Source of the DNA: Pseudomonadota bacterium
GTDB taxonomy: Bacteria > Pseudomonadota > Alphaproteobacteria > Rhizobiales > Xanthobacteraceae
Assembly (NCBI GenBank): GCA_049323835.1
Contig: JBMOOJ010000104.1
Coordinates: 9,692-73,691 of the forward strand
Length of the DNA stretch: 64,000 bases
Direction: 5' to 3'
Shown: in pieces, positions 20,555 through 30,083 of the stretch
Layout of the letters: every line of letters starts with the position of its first letter
Numbering within the stretch: the first letter of the stretch is position 1
Program-made: the position numbers and the translations under genes
The notes under the pieces: model-generated
Told to the model about the DNA's origin: nothing
Seen by the model: only the letters and a program-made list of their open reading frames with translations
Database searches by the model: none

Positions 20555-21466
20555 ATGGGACAGCCGATGGTGGACTTCAAGGCGATCGAGACGTTCCTCT
20601 GGGTGGTCACGCTCGGAAGCTTCCGGCGCGCGGCGCAGAAGCTGAACACCACGCAACCCGCGATCTCCCAACGCATCGCCCAGCTCGAAAGCGAATTCGG
20701 CGTCAAACTGTTGCAGCGGGATCGCCGCGCCACCCTGCCGACGCCGAGCGGGCGGCAGATGATGGTCTACGCCGAAAAACTCATCGGCTTGCGGTCGGAG
20801 ATGCTTGCCAGCGTCCGCGATCGCAGCGCCACAAGCGGCGTGTTGCGGCTCGGCGTGTCGGAGACGATCGTGCACACTTGGCTGTCGCGCCTGATCGAAG
20901 CGGTCAACAACACCTATCCTCATCTGTCGCTCGAGATCGAAGTCGATATCACGCCGAACCTGACGGAGCGGCTGCTGGCGCAGGAAATCGATCTCGCTTT
21001 CCTGCTCGGCCCCCTGTCCGCAACGGAGGTCCGCAATCGGGTGCTATGCGACTACCCGAACGCCTTTGTCGCGAGCCCGTCGCTTGGTTTGGGACAAGGC
21101 CGCAAGAGCGTCGGCGAACTCGCGCGGTTTCCGATCATCACCTTCCCGCGCAAGACGCAGCCGTATGAAGTCATTCGCTCGCTGTTCAACCGGCCGGATC
21201 TGCCAGCGATCCGGCTGCACGCGAGCGCATCGCTCGCCACCGTCATCCGCATGGCGATCGACGGCATCGGTGTCGCCGTGATTCCCACCGCGATCGTCGA
21301 GGAAGAGCTCGCGAACGGCCGGTTACAGCTGCTGGAAACCGATATCCAGATTCCCGACCTGACGTTCTCGGCAAGCTGGCTGTCGTCGCCGGATACGCTT
21401 GCGGTCGAACTGGTCGCGGAACTGGCAGTTCAGCTTGCCCAGAAGGACAAGGCGCGCGTGGCCTAG
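20555..21466 (+). CDS. LysR-family transcriptional regulator
   Basis: N-terminal wHTH ([38 protein letters not shown]) plus a LysR substrate-binding domain. The start could be ATG 20567. Confidence 0.85.
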   Translation: MGQPMVDFKAIETFLWVVTLGSFRRAAQKLNTTQPAISQRIAQLESEFGVKLLQRDRRATLPTPSGRQMMVYAEKLIGLRSEMLASVRDRSATSGVLRLGVSETIVHTWLSRLIEAVNNTYPHLSLEIEVDITPNLTERLLAQEIDLAFLLGPLSATEVRNRVLCDYPNAFVASPSLGLGQGRKSVGELARFPIITFPRKTQPYEVIRSLFNRPDLPAIRLHASASLATVIRMAIDGIGVAVIPTAIVEEELANGRLQLLETDIQIPDLTFSASWLSSPDTLAVELVAELAVQLAQKDKARVA

Positions 21467-21783
21467 TCGTTCGCGGATTTTGCCGCAATCTCGCGGCACT
21501 CGCCCGGCGACAAGCCAAAGGCCGCCCGCAACACACGATAGAACGTGGCAAGACTCTGGAAGCCGCAGGCATGCGCAATATCGGCGACCGCGGCGTCCGG
21601 CGATTGCACCAGCAACAACCGCGCTCGCTCAAGCCGCCGCCCAAGCACATAGCGCGCATAGCTGGTCCCGGTCGGTTCGAACAGCATCAGCAAATGTCGT
21701 ACCGAAACGCCAAGCCGCGCGGCCATGTCAGCCGGCGACAGTTCGGACTTATGCAGCTCGCGGTCGATGATCCCGCGCGCCAT
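21463..21783 (-). CDS. AraC-family DNA-binding domain protein without a sensor domain (106 aa)
   Basis: Two HTH units (..LSPADMAARLGVSVRHLLMLF.. and ..VADIAHACGFQSLATFYRVLRAAFGLSPGE). The ATG overlaps the dctM stop (ATGA at 21783). Confidence 0.65.
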   Translation of the reverse strand: MARGIIDRELHKSELSPADMAARLGVSVRHLLMLFEPTGTSYARYVLGRRLERARLLLVQSPDAAVADIAHACGFQSLATFYRVLRAAFGLSPGECREIAAKSAND

Positions 21784-23102
21784 CAATTGAGGAGCTTGAC
21801 CAGCGGCAGCGCGAGCGCCGGAAACGCCACGACGATGCCAAGGCGAATCACGTCCGCCAGAACGAACGGCAGAACGCCCCGGTAGGTGGCCGTAATCGGC
21901 ACAGTTTTGGCGATCGCCGAGACGACAAAAACGTTGAGCCCGATGGGCGGCGCCGTCAGGCCGATCCCGACGACGATCAGGACGAGGATACCGAACCAGA
22001 TCTGCACGTCCTCGGTCGGGAAGCCGAAGTCGAGCGCCGAGACGATCGGAAAGAACACAGGCAGCGTCAGCAAGATCATGGCGAGTTCGTCCATCACACC
22101 GCCGAGGATGAGATAGAAGACCAGCAGACAGCCCAGGATGGTGTACGGCGCCCAGCCGGAATTCGCGATCATCTGCGCAGCGCTGTCCGGCACATGGGTC
22201 AGCGCAAGGAAGGCGTTGAACACCTCGGTGCCGAGCAAGATCATGAAGATCATCGCCGACGTCTCGGCCGTTTGCAGCAAGCTCTCCTTGATCTCCCTGA
22301 GTCTGAGCGTGCCGCGGATGACGCCGGCGATCAGCATCACCACCGCGCCCACCGACGCGCCCTCCGTCGGCGTGAAGATGCCGCCATAGATGCCGCCAAG
22401 CACAACGACGGCGATGCCGAGCGCGGGGATAACGCCCAGCGACGGCGCAAGCCGCTCTCCCCACGGCACGCGCGCCTGCGCCGGACCGAGCGCTGGATTC
22501 CGCCGCACCATGATCGCGATGACGACGCAATAGAACAGCGTCGCGAGCAGTGCCGGAATCAGCGCCGCCTGGAACAGCTTGGCGATGTTCTGCTCGGTCG
22601 AGATCGCGTAGACGACGAGAATGACCGACGGCGGAACGAGAATACCGAGCGTGCCGCCGACCGCGATCACGCCCGTCGAGAAGCCGCCATCATAGTTGTA
22701 CCGGCGCAGCTCCGGCAGCGCGGCACGGCCGAAGGTCGCGGTTGTCGCAACCGACGATCCGCAGATCGCGCCGAAGCCGGTGCATGCGGCGATCACCGCC
22801 ATCGTCAGCCCGCCGCGGCGATGTCCGGCAAAAGCAGCGGCGGCACGAAAGAGGTCCGTTGCAAGACCTGAGCGTTCGGCGAAGGCGCCCATCAGGATGA
22901 ATAGCGGAATGACGGACAGCGTATAGTTGGCGAAAATGCCGTAGGGCGTGGTCTTGATATAGTTGAGGAACGGCAGCAGGCCGTTGAGCTGGATATACCC
23001 GAGACTGCCGGCCAGCAGCATGGCGAGCCCGATCGGCAAACGGAACGCCATCAGCACCAGCATGCCGGCGAAACCGAGAATGGCGAGAGTGAAACCACTC
23101 AT
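21783..23102 (-). CDS. dctM: TRAP transporter large permease
   Basis: 439-aa polytopic protein with a DctM-like N-terminus (MSGFTLAILGFAGMLVLMAFRLPIG). ATGA overlap with dctQ. Confidence 0.9.
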   Translation of the reverse strand: MSGFTLAILGFAGMLVLMAFRLPIGLAMLLAGSLGYIQLNGLLPFLNYIKTTPYGIFANYTLSVIPLFILMGAFAERSGLATDLFRAAAAFAGHRRGGLTMAVIAACTGFGAICGSSVATTATFGRAALPELRRYNYDGGFSTGVIAVGGTLGILVPPSVILVVYAISTEQNIAKLFQAALIPALLATLFYCVVIAIMVRRNPALGPAQARVPWGERLAPSLGVIPALGIAVVVLGGIYGGIFTPTEGASVGAVVMLIAGVIRGTLRLREIKESLLQTAETSAMIFMILLGTEVFNAFLALTHVPDSAAQMIANSGWAPYTILGCLLVFYLILGGVMDELAMILLTLPVFFPIVSALDFGFPTEDVQIWFGILVLIVVGIGLTAPPIGLNVFVVSAIAKTVPITATYRGVLPFVLADVIRLGIVVAFPALALPLVKLLN

Positions 23103-23608
23103 GATCCCGCCTTCACCCGGCGCGCGGCCGTTACGAAACACACGACCGCAAGCAGCACGGCAAGAACCGCACAGACCGCGACGGGGACATAGGTCGGAAA
23201 GCGCAGAACCATCGAGTTCTCGCCGGACACCCAGGCGCTCATGGCTCCCACGCCGAGACGCCATGCGATCACGATCATCGCCACGCCGAACACCACGTCC
23301 CATGTTGCATCGATCGCGCGATTGACGCTCACGGGGAACTTCGACGTAAAGGTGTCAACGAAGATGTTACCGCGGCGAAGCTGGCATAGCGGCAGGAAAG
23401 CGAACGCGCAGACAGCAGTCGCCATCTGCACCAGTTCGAAGTCGCCGGGCACGCCCGCCGCTTTCACCAGATCGCTGCGCAGCGTCACGCTGACGACAAC
23501 CATCGTCGCGGCCATAACGAGCAGCGTCCCGCCCGCCAACGCCACCCATCGCACCAATGCGTCGATGCCACGCTCGCGCGTGGCATCGGTCCGTTCCGTT
23601 ACGCTCAT
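23099..23608 (-). CDS. dctQ: TRAP transporter small permease
   Basis: 169 aa with 4 TM segments, positioned between dctP and dctM. Confidence 0.85.
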   Translation of the reverse strand: MSVTERTDATRERGIDALVRWVALAGGTLLVMAATMVVVSVTLRSDLVKAAGVPGDFELVQMATAVCAFAFLPLCQLRRGNIFVDTFTSKFPVSVNRAIDATWDVVFGVAMIVIAWRLGVGAMSAWVSGENSMVLRFPTYVPVAVCAVLAVLLAVVCFVTAARRVKAGS

Positions 23609-23619
23609 CGATGAAAGCC

Positions 23620-24669
23620 TTAAGTTGCCTTTTCGTACTTCGCCAGCAACGCCCTTGCGTTCTCAAGCAGCTTGCCGCCATCGAGGTTCTTGTCCTTCAT
23701 GCCCTTGATCCAGGCCTCGATCACCGGCTCGGTCGCCTTGCGCCATTTGGCAGCTTCGGCTTCCTCGATCACCGTGATGGTGTTGCCGCGCTTGGCAACC
23801 ATGTCGGACACAACTCTCGCCTGTTCATCCCAGACGGCGCCGGCAGTCGCCGATGTGGCCATGCCGGAGTTCTTGTCGATCACCGCCTTGAGATCGGCCG
23901 GCAGACCGTCGTACTTCGCCTTGTTCATCGCGAGAATGAAAGTCGACGTGTAGAGCGTCGGCGATCCGGGAATCTCGGCATGGAATTTGACGAGCTCCTG
24001 CAGCTTCAGCGCGGGGACCACCTCCCACGGCACCACCGCGCCGTCGATCACGCGCTGCGCCATCGCTTCCGGCACCTGCGGAATCGGCATGCCGATGGCA
24101 TTGGCGCCGAGCGCCTTCAGTGCTTCGCCGGCGAGGCGCGTCGGGAAGCGCAGCTTGACGCCTTTCAAGTCGTCGAGATTGGCAATCTTCTTGGTCGAGT
24201 GAATGAGGCCGTGATCGTGCGCCCAGAAGCAGATCGGCTTCACTTCCCGGAACTCGTCCTGAAGGTTGGCTTGGGCGTAATCGTGAAGCGCGCGGGAGTT
24301 CACATGCGCGCGCTTGTTGACGACAAACGGAAGCTCGAATGCCTCGATCTTCGGAAACCGTCCCGGGGTGTTTCCCGGCAGCGTCCAGATCAGGTCGGCG
24401 ACGCCGTCGCGCGCCTGGTCAAACAGCTGCGGCGGCGTGCCGCCGAGCTGCATCGACGGGAAAATGTCGATCTTGATGCGCCCGCCAGAATCGGCGCCGA
24501 CCTTGTCCGCCCACGGCTTCAGGAACTTGGTGTGCGGATTGGACACCGCAGGCAGGAAGTGGTGCAGCTTCAGTGTCACTTCCTGTGCGTTGGCTGCTGA
24601 GGCGCGCATGATCACTGGCGCAGCGACAGCGGCACCGGTCAATGACAGGAATTTGCGGCGATTGAACAT
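23620..24669 (-). CDS. dctP: TRAP substrate-binding protein (copy 1, adjacent to dctQM)
   Basis: Tat-like signal NRRKFLSLTG and the DctP family fold. 349 aa. Confidence 0.9.
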   Translation of the reverse strand: MFNRRKFLSLTGAAVAAPVIMRASAANAQEVTLKLHHFLPAVSNPHTKFLKPWADKVGADSGGRIKIDIFPSMQLGGTPPQLFDQARDGVADLIWTLPGNTPGRFPKIEAFELPFVVNKRAHVNSRALHDYAQANLQDEFREVKPICFWAHDHGLIHSTKKIANLDDLKGVKLRFPTRLAGEALKALGANAIGMPIPQVPEAMAQRVIDGAVVPWEVVPALKLQELVKFHAEIPGSPTLYTSTFILAMNKAKYDGLPADLKAVIDKNSGMATSATAGAVWDEQARVVSDMVAKRGNTITVIEEAEAAKWRKATEPVIEAWIKGMKDKNLDGGKLLENARALLAKYEKAT

Positions 24670-24732
24670 CAGTCTCTCCTTGAGGACATCGTCAGGCGGC
24701 CGCGATTCCGCGGGCCGCAGCTCCGCAGCGGG

Positions 24733-25782
24733 CTACGCTGCTTTCTCATATTTTGCGAGCAAGGCTTTCGCATTCTCGAGCAGCTTGCCACCGTCGAGGT
24801 TTTTGTCCTTCATGCTCTTGAGCCATGCCTCGGTCACCGGCTCGGTCGACTTGCGCCACTTGTCGGCTTCGGCCTGCTCGATGACCGTGATGGTGTTGCC
24901 GCGCTTGGCGACCATATCGGAGACAATCCGCGCCTGTTCGTCCCAGACGCCGCCGGCAATCGCCGCCGTGCCCATGCCCGAGTTCTTGTCGATCACCGCC
25001 TTGAGGTCGCCTGGCAGGCTGTCGTACTTCGCTTTGTTCATCGCGAGAATGAAGGGCGTGGTGTAGAGCGTCGGCGATCCGGGAATCTCGGTGTGAAACT
25101 TGACGAGTTCCTGCAACTTCAGCGCCGGCACGACTTCCCACGGCACGACGGCGCCGTCGATCACCCGCTGCGCCAGCGCTTCAGGCACCTGAGGCACGGG
25201 CATGCCGATCGCGTTGACGCCGAGCGCCTTCAGCGCCTCGCCGGCCAGCCGCGTCGGGAAGCGGAGCTTCAAGCCTTTCAGATCGTCGAGTGTCGCGACT
25301 TTCTTGCTTGCGTGAATCAGTCCGTGATCGTGCGCCCAGAAACAGATCGGCCTCACCTCCCGGAACTCGTCCTGAAGGTTGGCTTCGGCAAACTCCTGCA
25401 ATGCACGAGAGTTCACATGCGCACGCTTGTTGACGACGAACGGCAGCTCGAACGCCTCGATCTTCGGGAAGCGCCCCGGAGTGTAGCCGGTGACCGTCCA
25501 GACCAGATCGGCGACACCGTCGCGCGCCTGATCGTAGAGCTGCGGCGGCGTGCCGCCGAGCTGCATCGACGGGAAGATATCGATCTTGATGCGGCCGCCG
25601 GAATCGGCGCCGACCTTGTCGGCCCACGGCTTCAGGAACTTGGTGTGAGGATTGGATACGGCAGGGAGGAAGTGATGCATCTTGAGTGTCACTTCCTGGG
25701 CATTGGCGGCCGAGACACGCATGATCGCGGGTGCAGCGACCGCAGTGCCCGTCAATGACAAAAACGTCCGGCGATTGAGCAT
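24733..25782 (-). CDS. dctP: TRAP substrate-binding protein (copy 2, tandem paralogue)
   Basis: 349 aa, collinear with copy 1 and identical at the great majority of positions by eye. Confidence 0.9.
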   Translation of the reverse strand: MLNRRTFLSLTGTAVAAPAIMRVSAANAQEVTLKMHHFLPAVSNPHTKFLKPWADKVGADSGGRIKIDIFPSMQLGGTPPQLYDQARDGVADLVWTVTGYTPGRFPKIEAFELPFVVNKRAHVNSRALQEFAEANLQDEFREVRPICFWAHDHGLIHASKKVATLDDLKGLKLRFPTRLAGEALKALGVNAIGMPVPQVPEALAQRVIDGAVVPWEVVPALKLQELVKFHTEIPGSPTLYTTPFILAMNKAKYDSLPGDLKAVIDKNSGMGTAAIAGGVWDEQARIVSDMVAKRGNTITVIEQAEADKWRKSTEPVTEAWLKSMKDKNLDGGKLLENAKALLAKYEKAA

Positions 25783-25935
25783 GTGTCCCTCCTGATGGCC
25801 GTCTTGAGCGGCTTTGTATAACGTTGCGCTGGCAACGATTTTGCGCGGAGTCTGTCAAGTCGCGCGGCCGTTGGCAAGGAACGCGCGAGCCTTTTTCCGC
25901 TCTCCGCATCCTCCCCGACACCGGCCCAAAAGTAT

Positions 25936-25959
25936 ACCCCCGGGGTGGCCCCCGGGGGT
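25936..25959 (-). terminator. Intrinsic terminator downstream of the SBP gene
   Basis: ACCCCCGGGG, loop TGGC, CCCCGGGGGT: a perfect 10-bp stem. On the minus strand it is followed by TATACTTTT. Confidence 0.5.
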
Positions 25960-26021
25960 TAGTCACATTCAGGTAACTCGCCGGTCGCCGCACAAGTTTG
26001 GCGGCACCACCTGTCAGCGCG

Positions 26022-27221
26022 TCAGAACGACAGGCTGTCCTTCATCAGGACCCAGCGGCCATTCTTGATTTGCTGCACCTGGGTGATGGTGGTCGCGAGG
26101 TGGTTCGTCTTCGAGAACTTCGTCGGCGGCGAGCTGAAGATGTCCTGGAAGACGTCGCCCGACTCGAGCGCATCCAGCATCTTCTGGCCGCTCAGATCCT
26201 TGCCCGCTTTGTTGGCGTAGTGGGCGAAGGTCATGACGGTGTTGTAGCCGATGATCGCCTGCGTATTGGCGTCGATGCCAAAAGACTTCTTGTAGTTGAC
26301 GAGCCAGTCCTTCACCTTGCCCTTCGCCGTATCTTCGTAGGGAATTTCGAAGCCCGACGCGGCATAGAGACCTTCGACAGCTTCCTTGCCGAGCGCCGGG
26401 ATTTCGAGAACGTTCGTCGGCGTCGCGCCGAGGAAGATCACATCCCAGCCGAGCTTCTTGGCTTCGACCATGGCGCCGATGGTTTCACGCACGACCGTGC
26501 CGAGCACGACCATGTCGCATCCGTCCGCCTTCATCTTGGCGACCTGCGCGCTGAAGTCCGATACGCCGCGCTTGTAGCTCGTGATCGACGCTGGCTGAAG
26601 CTTCATCGCCGCAACCTGCTGGGTGAAGCCGTCGAGCACGTTCTTACCGTACTCGTCATCCTGATGCATGATGCAGGGCTTCTTCAGGTTCTTTGACTCG
26701 ATCATGAACTTGACCGCTGCGCGCGTGCTTTCCACATACGGCAGCAGGTTATTGAACTTCAGCCGCTCCTGCGGCTTCGCCGGATCGAACTTATAGGTGA
26801 ATTCGGCGGCCGTCAGCGGGAATAGCTGCAGCACGCCGGCATCGAACAGAATGTCCTGTGCGGCGAGCACGGTCGGCGAACCCATCGGGCCGACCATCGC
26901 AAACACCTTGTCCTTTTCGATCAACTTCTGTGACGCCAGCACGGCGCGCTTCGGGTCGTAACCGGAATCCTCGATGATCAGCTTGATCTTGCGGCCGTGG
27001 ATGCCGCCGGCAGCGTTGATTTCCTCGGCCGCCATCTTCATTCCGTTGGCAACCGGCACGCCCCATGACTTGATCGGCCCGGACAGATCCTGGTGCGATC
27101 CGAGCACGATTTCGTTGGCTGAGATGCCCTGGTTGGTCACCTTGGTCTGCGCGAAAGCTGGCACCTGCGCCAGCGCCAAAGCGCCCACGGCAAGGCCCAG
27201 CACCTTGTACGATGTCGACAT
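26022..27221 (-). CDS. ABC transporter substrate-binding protein (Liv type)
   Basis: Signal peptide MSTSYKVLGLAVGALALAQVPAFA and a periplasmic binding protein type I fold. Confidence 0.85.
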   Translation of the reverse strand: MSTSYKVLGLAVGALALAQVPAFAQTKVTNQGISANEIVLGSHQDLSGPIKSWGVPVANGMKMAAEEINAAGGIHGRKIKLIIEDSGYDPKRAVLASQKLIEKDKVFAMVGPMGSPTVLAAQDILFDAGVLQLFPLTAAEFTYKFDPAKPQERLKFNNLLPYVESTRAAVKFMIESKNLKKPCIMHQDDEYGKNVLDGFTQQVAAMKLQPASITSYKRGVSDFSAQVAKMKADGCDMVVLGTVVRETIGAMVEAKKLGWDVIFLGATPTNVLEIPALGKEAVEGLYAASGFEIPYEDTAKGKVKDWLVNYKKSFGIDANTQAIIGYNTVMTFAHYANKAGKDLSGQKMLDALESGDVFQDIFSSPPTKFSKTNHLATTITQVQQIKNGRWVLMKDSLSF

Positions 27222-27355
27222 TTCACTCTCCTCTATTGGCCCGTTTTGAGCGAAGGTCAGGGCCTGTACGTGCCTTCGCCGCTTTCTTTACGTCTATTGA
27301 AGTCTATCGCATCCATCGCCGCGGTCCCCCGCGACAATCCGTCCGGGAACAAAGG

Positions 27356-29191
27356 CTACGCCACCGCCTTCGCTCCGTACATAGCCTCGATTTCACTGGC
27401 GTAGCGCTGGTTCACGAATTTGCGCTTCAGCTTCATCGTCGGCGTCAGCTCCTCATCTTCCGGGGTGAGCTGCCGCTCGATCAGGTAGAACTTCTTGATG
27501 GTCTCGACGCGGGCGAAGTTCGCGTTCACCGCCTCGATCTCCTTCCAGATGAGATCCTGCACCTCCGCGGCGCGGCAAAGGCTCGCATAGTTCGTAAACG
27601 GAATGTCGCGGTCCTGCGCGAACTTCTCGACGTTCTCCTGATCGATCATGATCAGGCACGTCAGGAACGGACGCTTGTCGCCGACCACCACCGCATCGGA
27701 GATGTAGGGCGAGAACTTGAGCTGGTTCTCGATTTCGGACGGGGTGATGTTCTTGCCGCCGGACGTGATGATGATGTCTTTCATCCGGTCGGTGATCTTG
27801 ATGTAGCCCTCGTTGTCGATGGAACCGACATCGCCGGTATGCAGCCAGCCGTTCCGGATGGTTTCCGCCGTTTTTTCCGGCTGGTTCAGGTAGCCCATGA
27901 ACAGGAAGTCGCCCTTGATGAGGATTTCCCCCTCCGGCGAAATCTTCACCTCGCCCCACGGCACCGTCTTGCCGACCGAGCCGAGCTTGGTGCGGTCGCT
28001 CGGCATCAGCGTCGCGACGCCGCAATTCTCGGTCTGGCCGTAGACCTCGCGCATATCGAGGCCGAGCGCCATGTACCAGCGGATCAGATCGGGTGCGATC
28101 GGGGCGGCGCCGGTGAAGCAGATGTGGCAGCGGTCGAGACCGATCATGCGGCGGATATTGCGGAACACCAGGCGGTACGCGAACCAGTTGGCGATCTGCA
28201 ACGGCAGCGGCACCGGCTCGCCCTCGACCTTGCAGTCGGCGACGCGGTTACCGATCGCGAGCGCCTTGCTGTAGATCCATTTCTGCAGCGGCGTTGCGTC
28301 CTTCAGCGCAATCATGACGCCCGAGTAGAATTTTTCCCAGATGCGCGGCACCGCAAGGAACGTTGTCGGCTGCACCTCGCGAATGTTGTCGGGCACGGTT
28401 TCCGGGCTCTCGGCAAAGTTCATCACCGAGCCGACCGCGATCGAAAGATAGTAGCCGCCGATCCGTTCAGCCACATGGCACAGCGGCAGGAACACCAGCC
28501 GCTCCTCGCTCTCGTTCGGAATCAGCAGCGTGTCGGCGTTGCGCATCTGATGCACAACGCTGCGGTTCGAATGCATCGCGCCCTTCGGCGGCCCGGTGGT
28601 GCCGGACGTATAGACGAGGATCGCCAGATCGTCGGCCGTGCGGCTCCTGACCATCTCCTCCCAAAGCGCCTCCCGGCCGGACATGTGGTTGCGGCCGAGT
28701 GCACGGAATTCGTCGAACGACATGGCCATCGGATCGTTGAAACCGCCCAGGCCCTCCATATCGAAGATCACGATCTTCTCGAGAGACGGACAGCGCGTGC
28801 GGCAGGTCAGAACCTTGTCGAGCTGCTCTTCGTCCTCGACGAAAATGACCTTGGTCCGCGAGTCATTGACCAGATACTCGACCTGCGGGATCGAGTCGGT
28901 CGGATAGATGCCGGACGAGACCCCACCCGCGCACAACACGCCCATGTCGGCGTAAAGCCATTCCGGAACGGCATTGGCGACGATGGATGCGACGTCGCCG
29001 GGCTTGAAGCCGATGGCGTGCAGCGCGTAGGCCACCTCCTTGGACGTTTGCAACCATTCGTTCCAGGTCGTGGCCTGCCAGACGCCGAACACCTTCTCGC
29101 GGATCGCGGGCTTGTCGCCGCGCAACTTCACCGATGCGAGAAAGCTTCCCGCAATCGTGTCCGCCACCGTTACCGTAGCCGCCCTCGTCAT
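27356..29191 (-). CDS. AMP-dependent synthetase / long-chain acyl-CoA ligase
   Basis: AMP-binding motif YTSGTTGPPKG plus GWLHTGD and TPTMKLKR. Confidence 0.85.
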   Translation of the reverse strand: MTRAATVTVADTIAGSFLASVKLRGDKPAIREKVFGVWQATTWNEWLQTSKEVAYALHAIGFKPGDVASIVANAVPEWLYADMGVLCAGGVSSGIYPTDSIPQVEYLVNDSRTKVIFVEDEEQLDKVLTCRTRCPSLEKIVIFDMEGLGGFNDPMAMSFDEFRALGRNHMSGREALWEEMVRSRTADDLAILVYTSGTTGPPKGAMHSNRSVVHQMRNADTLLIPNESEERLVFLPLCHVAERIGGYYLSIAVGSVMNFAESPETVPDNIREVQPTTFLAVPRIWEKFYSGVMIALKDATPLQKWIYSKALAIGNRVADCKVEGEPVPLPLQIANWFAYRLVFRNIRRMIGLDRCHICFTGAAPIAPDLIRWYMALGLDMREVYGQTENCGVATLMPSDRTKLGSVGKTVPWGEVKISPEGEILIKGDFLFMGYLNQPEKTAETIRNGWLHTGDVGSIDNEGYIKITDRMKDIIITSGGKNITPSEIENQLKFSPYISDAVVVGDKRPFLTCLIMIDQENVEKFAQDRDIPFTNYASLCRAAEVQDLIWKEIEAVNANFARVETIKKFYLIERQLTPEDEELTPTMKLKRKFVNQRYASEIEAMYGAKAVA

Positions 29192-29293
29192 GGCCGTCTT
29201 CCCTCGTTCGATTCCGCTCCCGTCCGCGCCCGGCTTTTCACCGGGTTCTTGTTGAGACTGCCGCCAGTCATCGGCGGGTTGCCGCGATATCCT

Positions 29294-30073
29294 CTATCGC
29301 CACGTTTTCTTCTTCTTCCAGCGCCGCTCGCCGCGCGCACCGTGGTCGGCAGCGCCGAGATAGAACTCCTGAATGTCCTGCGACTGCATCAGCTTCTCGC
29401 AGGTATCATTCATCACCACGCGGCCGATTTCGAGCACATAGCCGTAGTGCGCCGTCTCCAGCGCCACCTTGGCGTTCTGCTCGACCAGCAGGATCGACGT
29501 GCCCCGCTCCTCGTTGATACGGCGGATGATGTTGAAGATTTCCTTCACCAGCAGCGGCGACAGGCCGAGCGACGGCTCGTCGAACAGGATCAGCTTCGGC
29601 CGGTTCATCAGGGCGCGGCCGATCGCCAGCATCTGCTGCTCGCCGCCGGAGAGCTGACCCGCCGGCTGATTGATGCGCTCGCGCAGGCGCGGGAAGTAAT
29701 TGTAGACCTGCTCGAGATCCGCCGCGACACCATCGCTGTCGCTACGCGGATAGGAGCCCATCATCAGGTTCTCACGCACGCTCAGGAACGGAAACACTTC
29801 CCGCCCCTCGGGGACGTGGCTGAGACCGAGCCGAACGATTTTATCTGCGTCCATCCGCTGAATCGGCTTGCCTTCGAACTCGATCGAGCCCTTCTGCGGA
29901 TCGAGAATGCCGGAGATGGTTTTCAAGACCGTGGTCTTGCCGGCGCCGTTGGCGCCAAGCAGCGTCACGATCTTGCCGCGCGGCACCTCGAGCGAAATCC
30001 CGCGGATGGCCATGATCGGCCCGTAGTAGCTTTCGATGTTACTGACCTTGAGGACGATGTCGTTTGCGCTCAT
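29294..30073 (-). CDS. ABC transporter ATP-binding protein (LivF-like)
   Basis: GANGAGKTT, LSGGEQQ and ILFDEP motifs. Carries a basic C-terminal tail (..GERRWKKKKTWR). Confidence 0.85.
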   Translation of the reverse strand: MSANDIVLKVSNIESYYGPIMAIRGISLEVPRGKIVTLLGANGAGKTTVLKTISGILDPQKGSIEFEGKPIQRMDADKIVRLGLSHVPEGREVFPFLSVRENLMMGSYPRSDSDGVAADLEQVYNYFPRLRERINQPAGQLSGGEQQMLAIGRALMNRPKLILFDEPSLGLSPLLVKEIFNIIRRINEERGTSILLVEQNAKVALETAHYGYVLEIGRVVMNDTCEKLMQSQDIQEFYLGAADHGARGERRWKKKKTWR

Positions 30074-30083
30074 GCCATCATCC

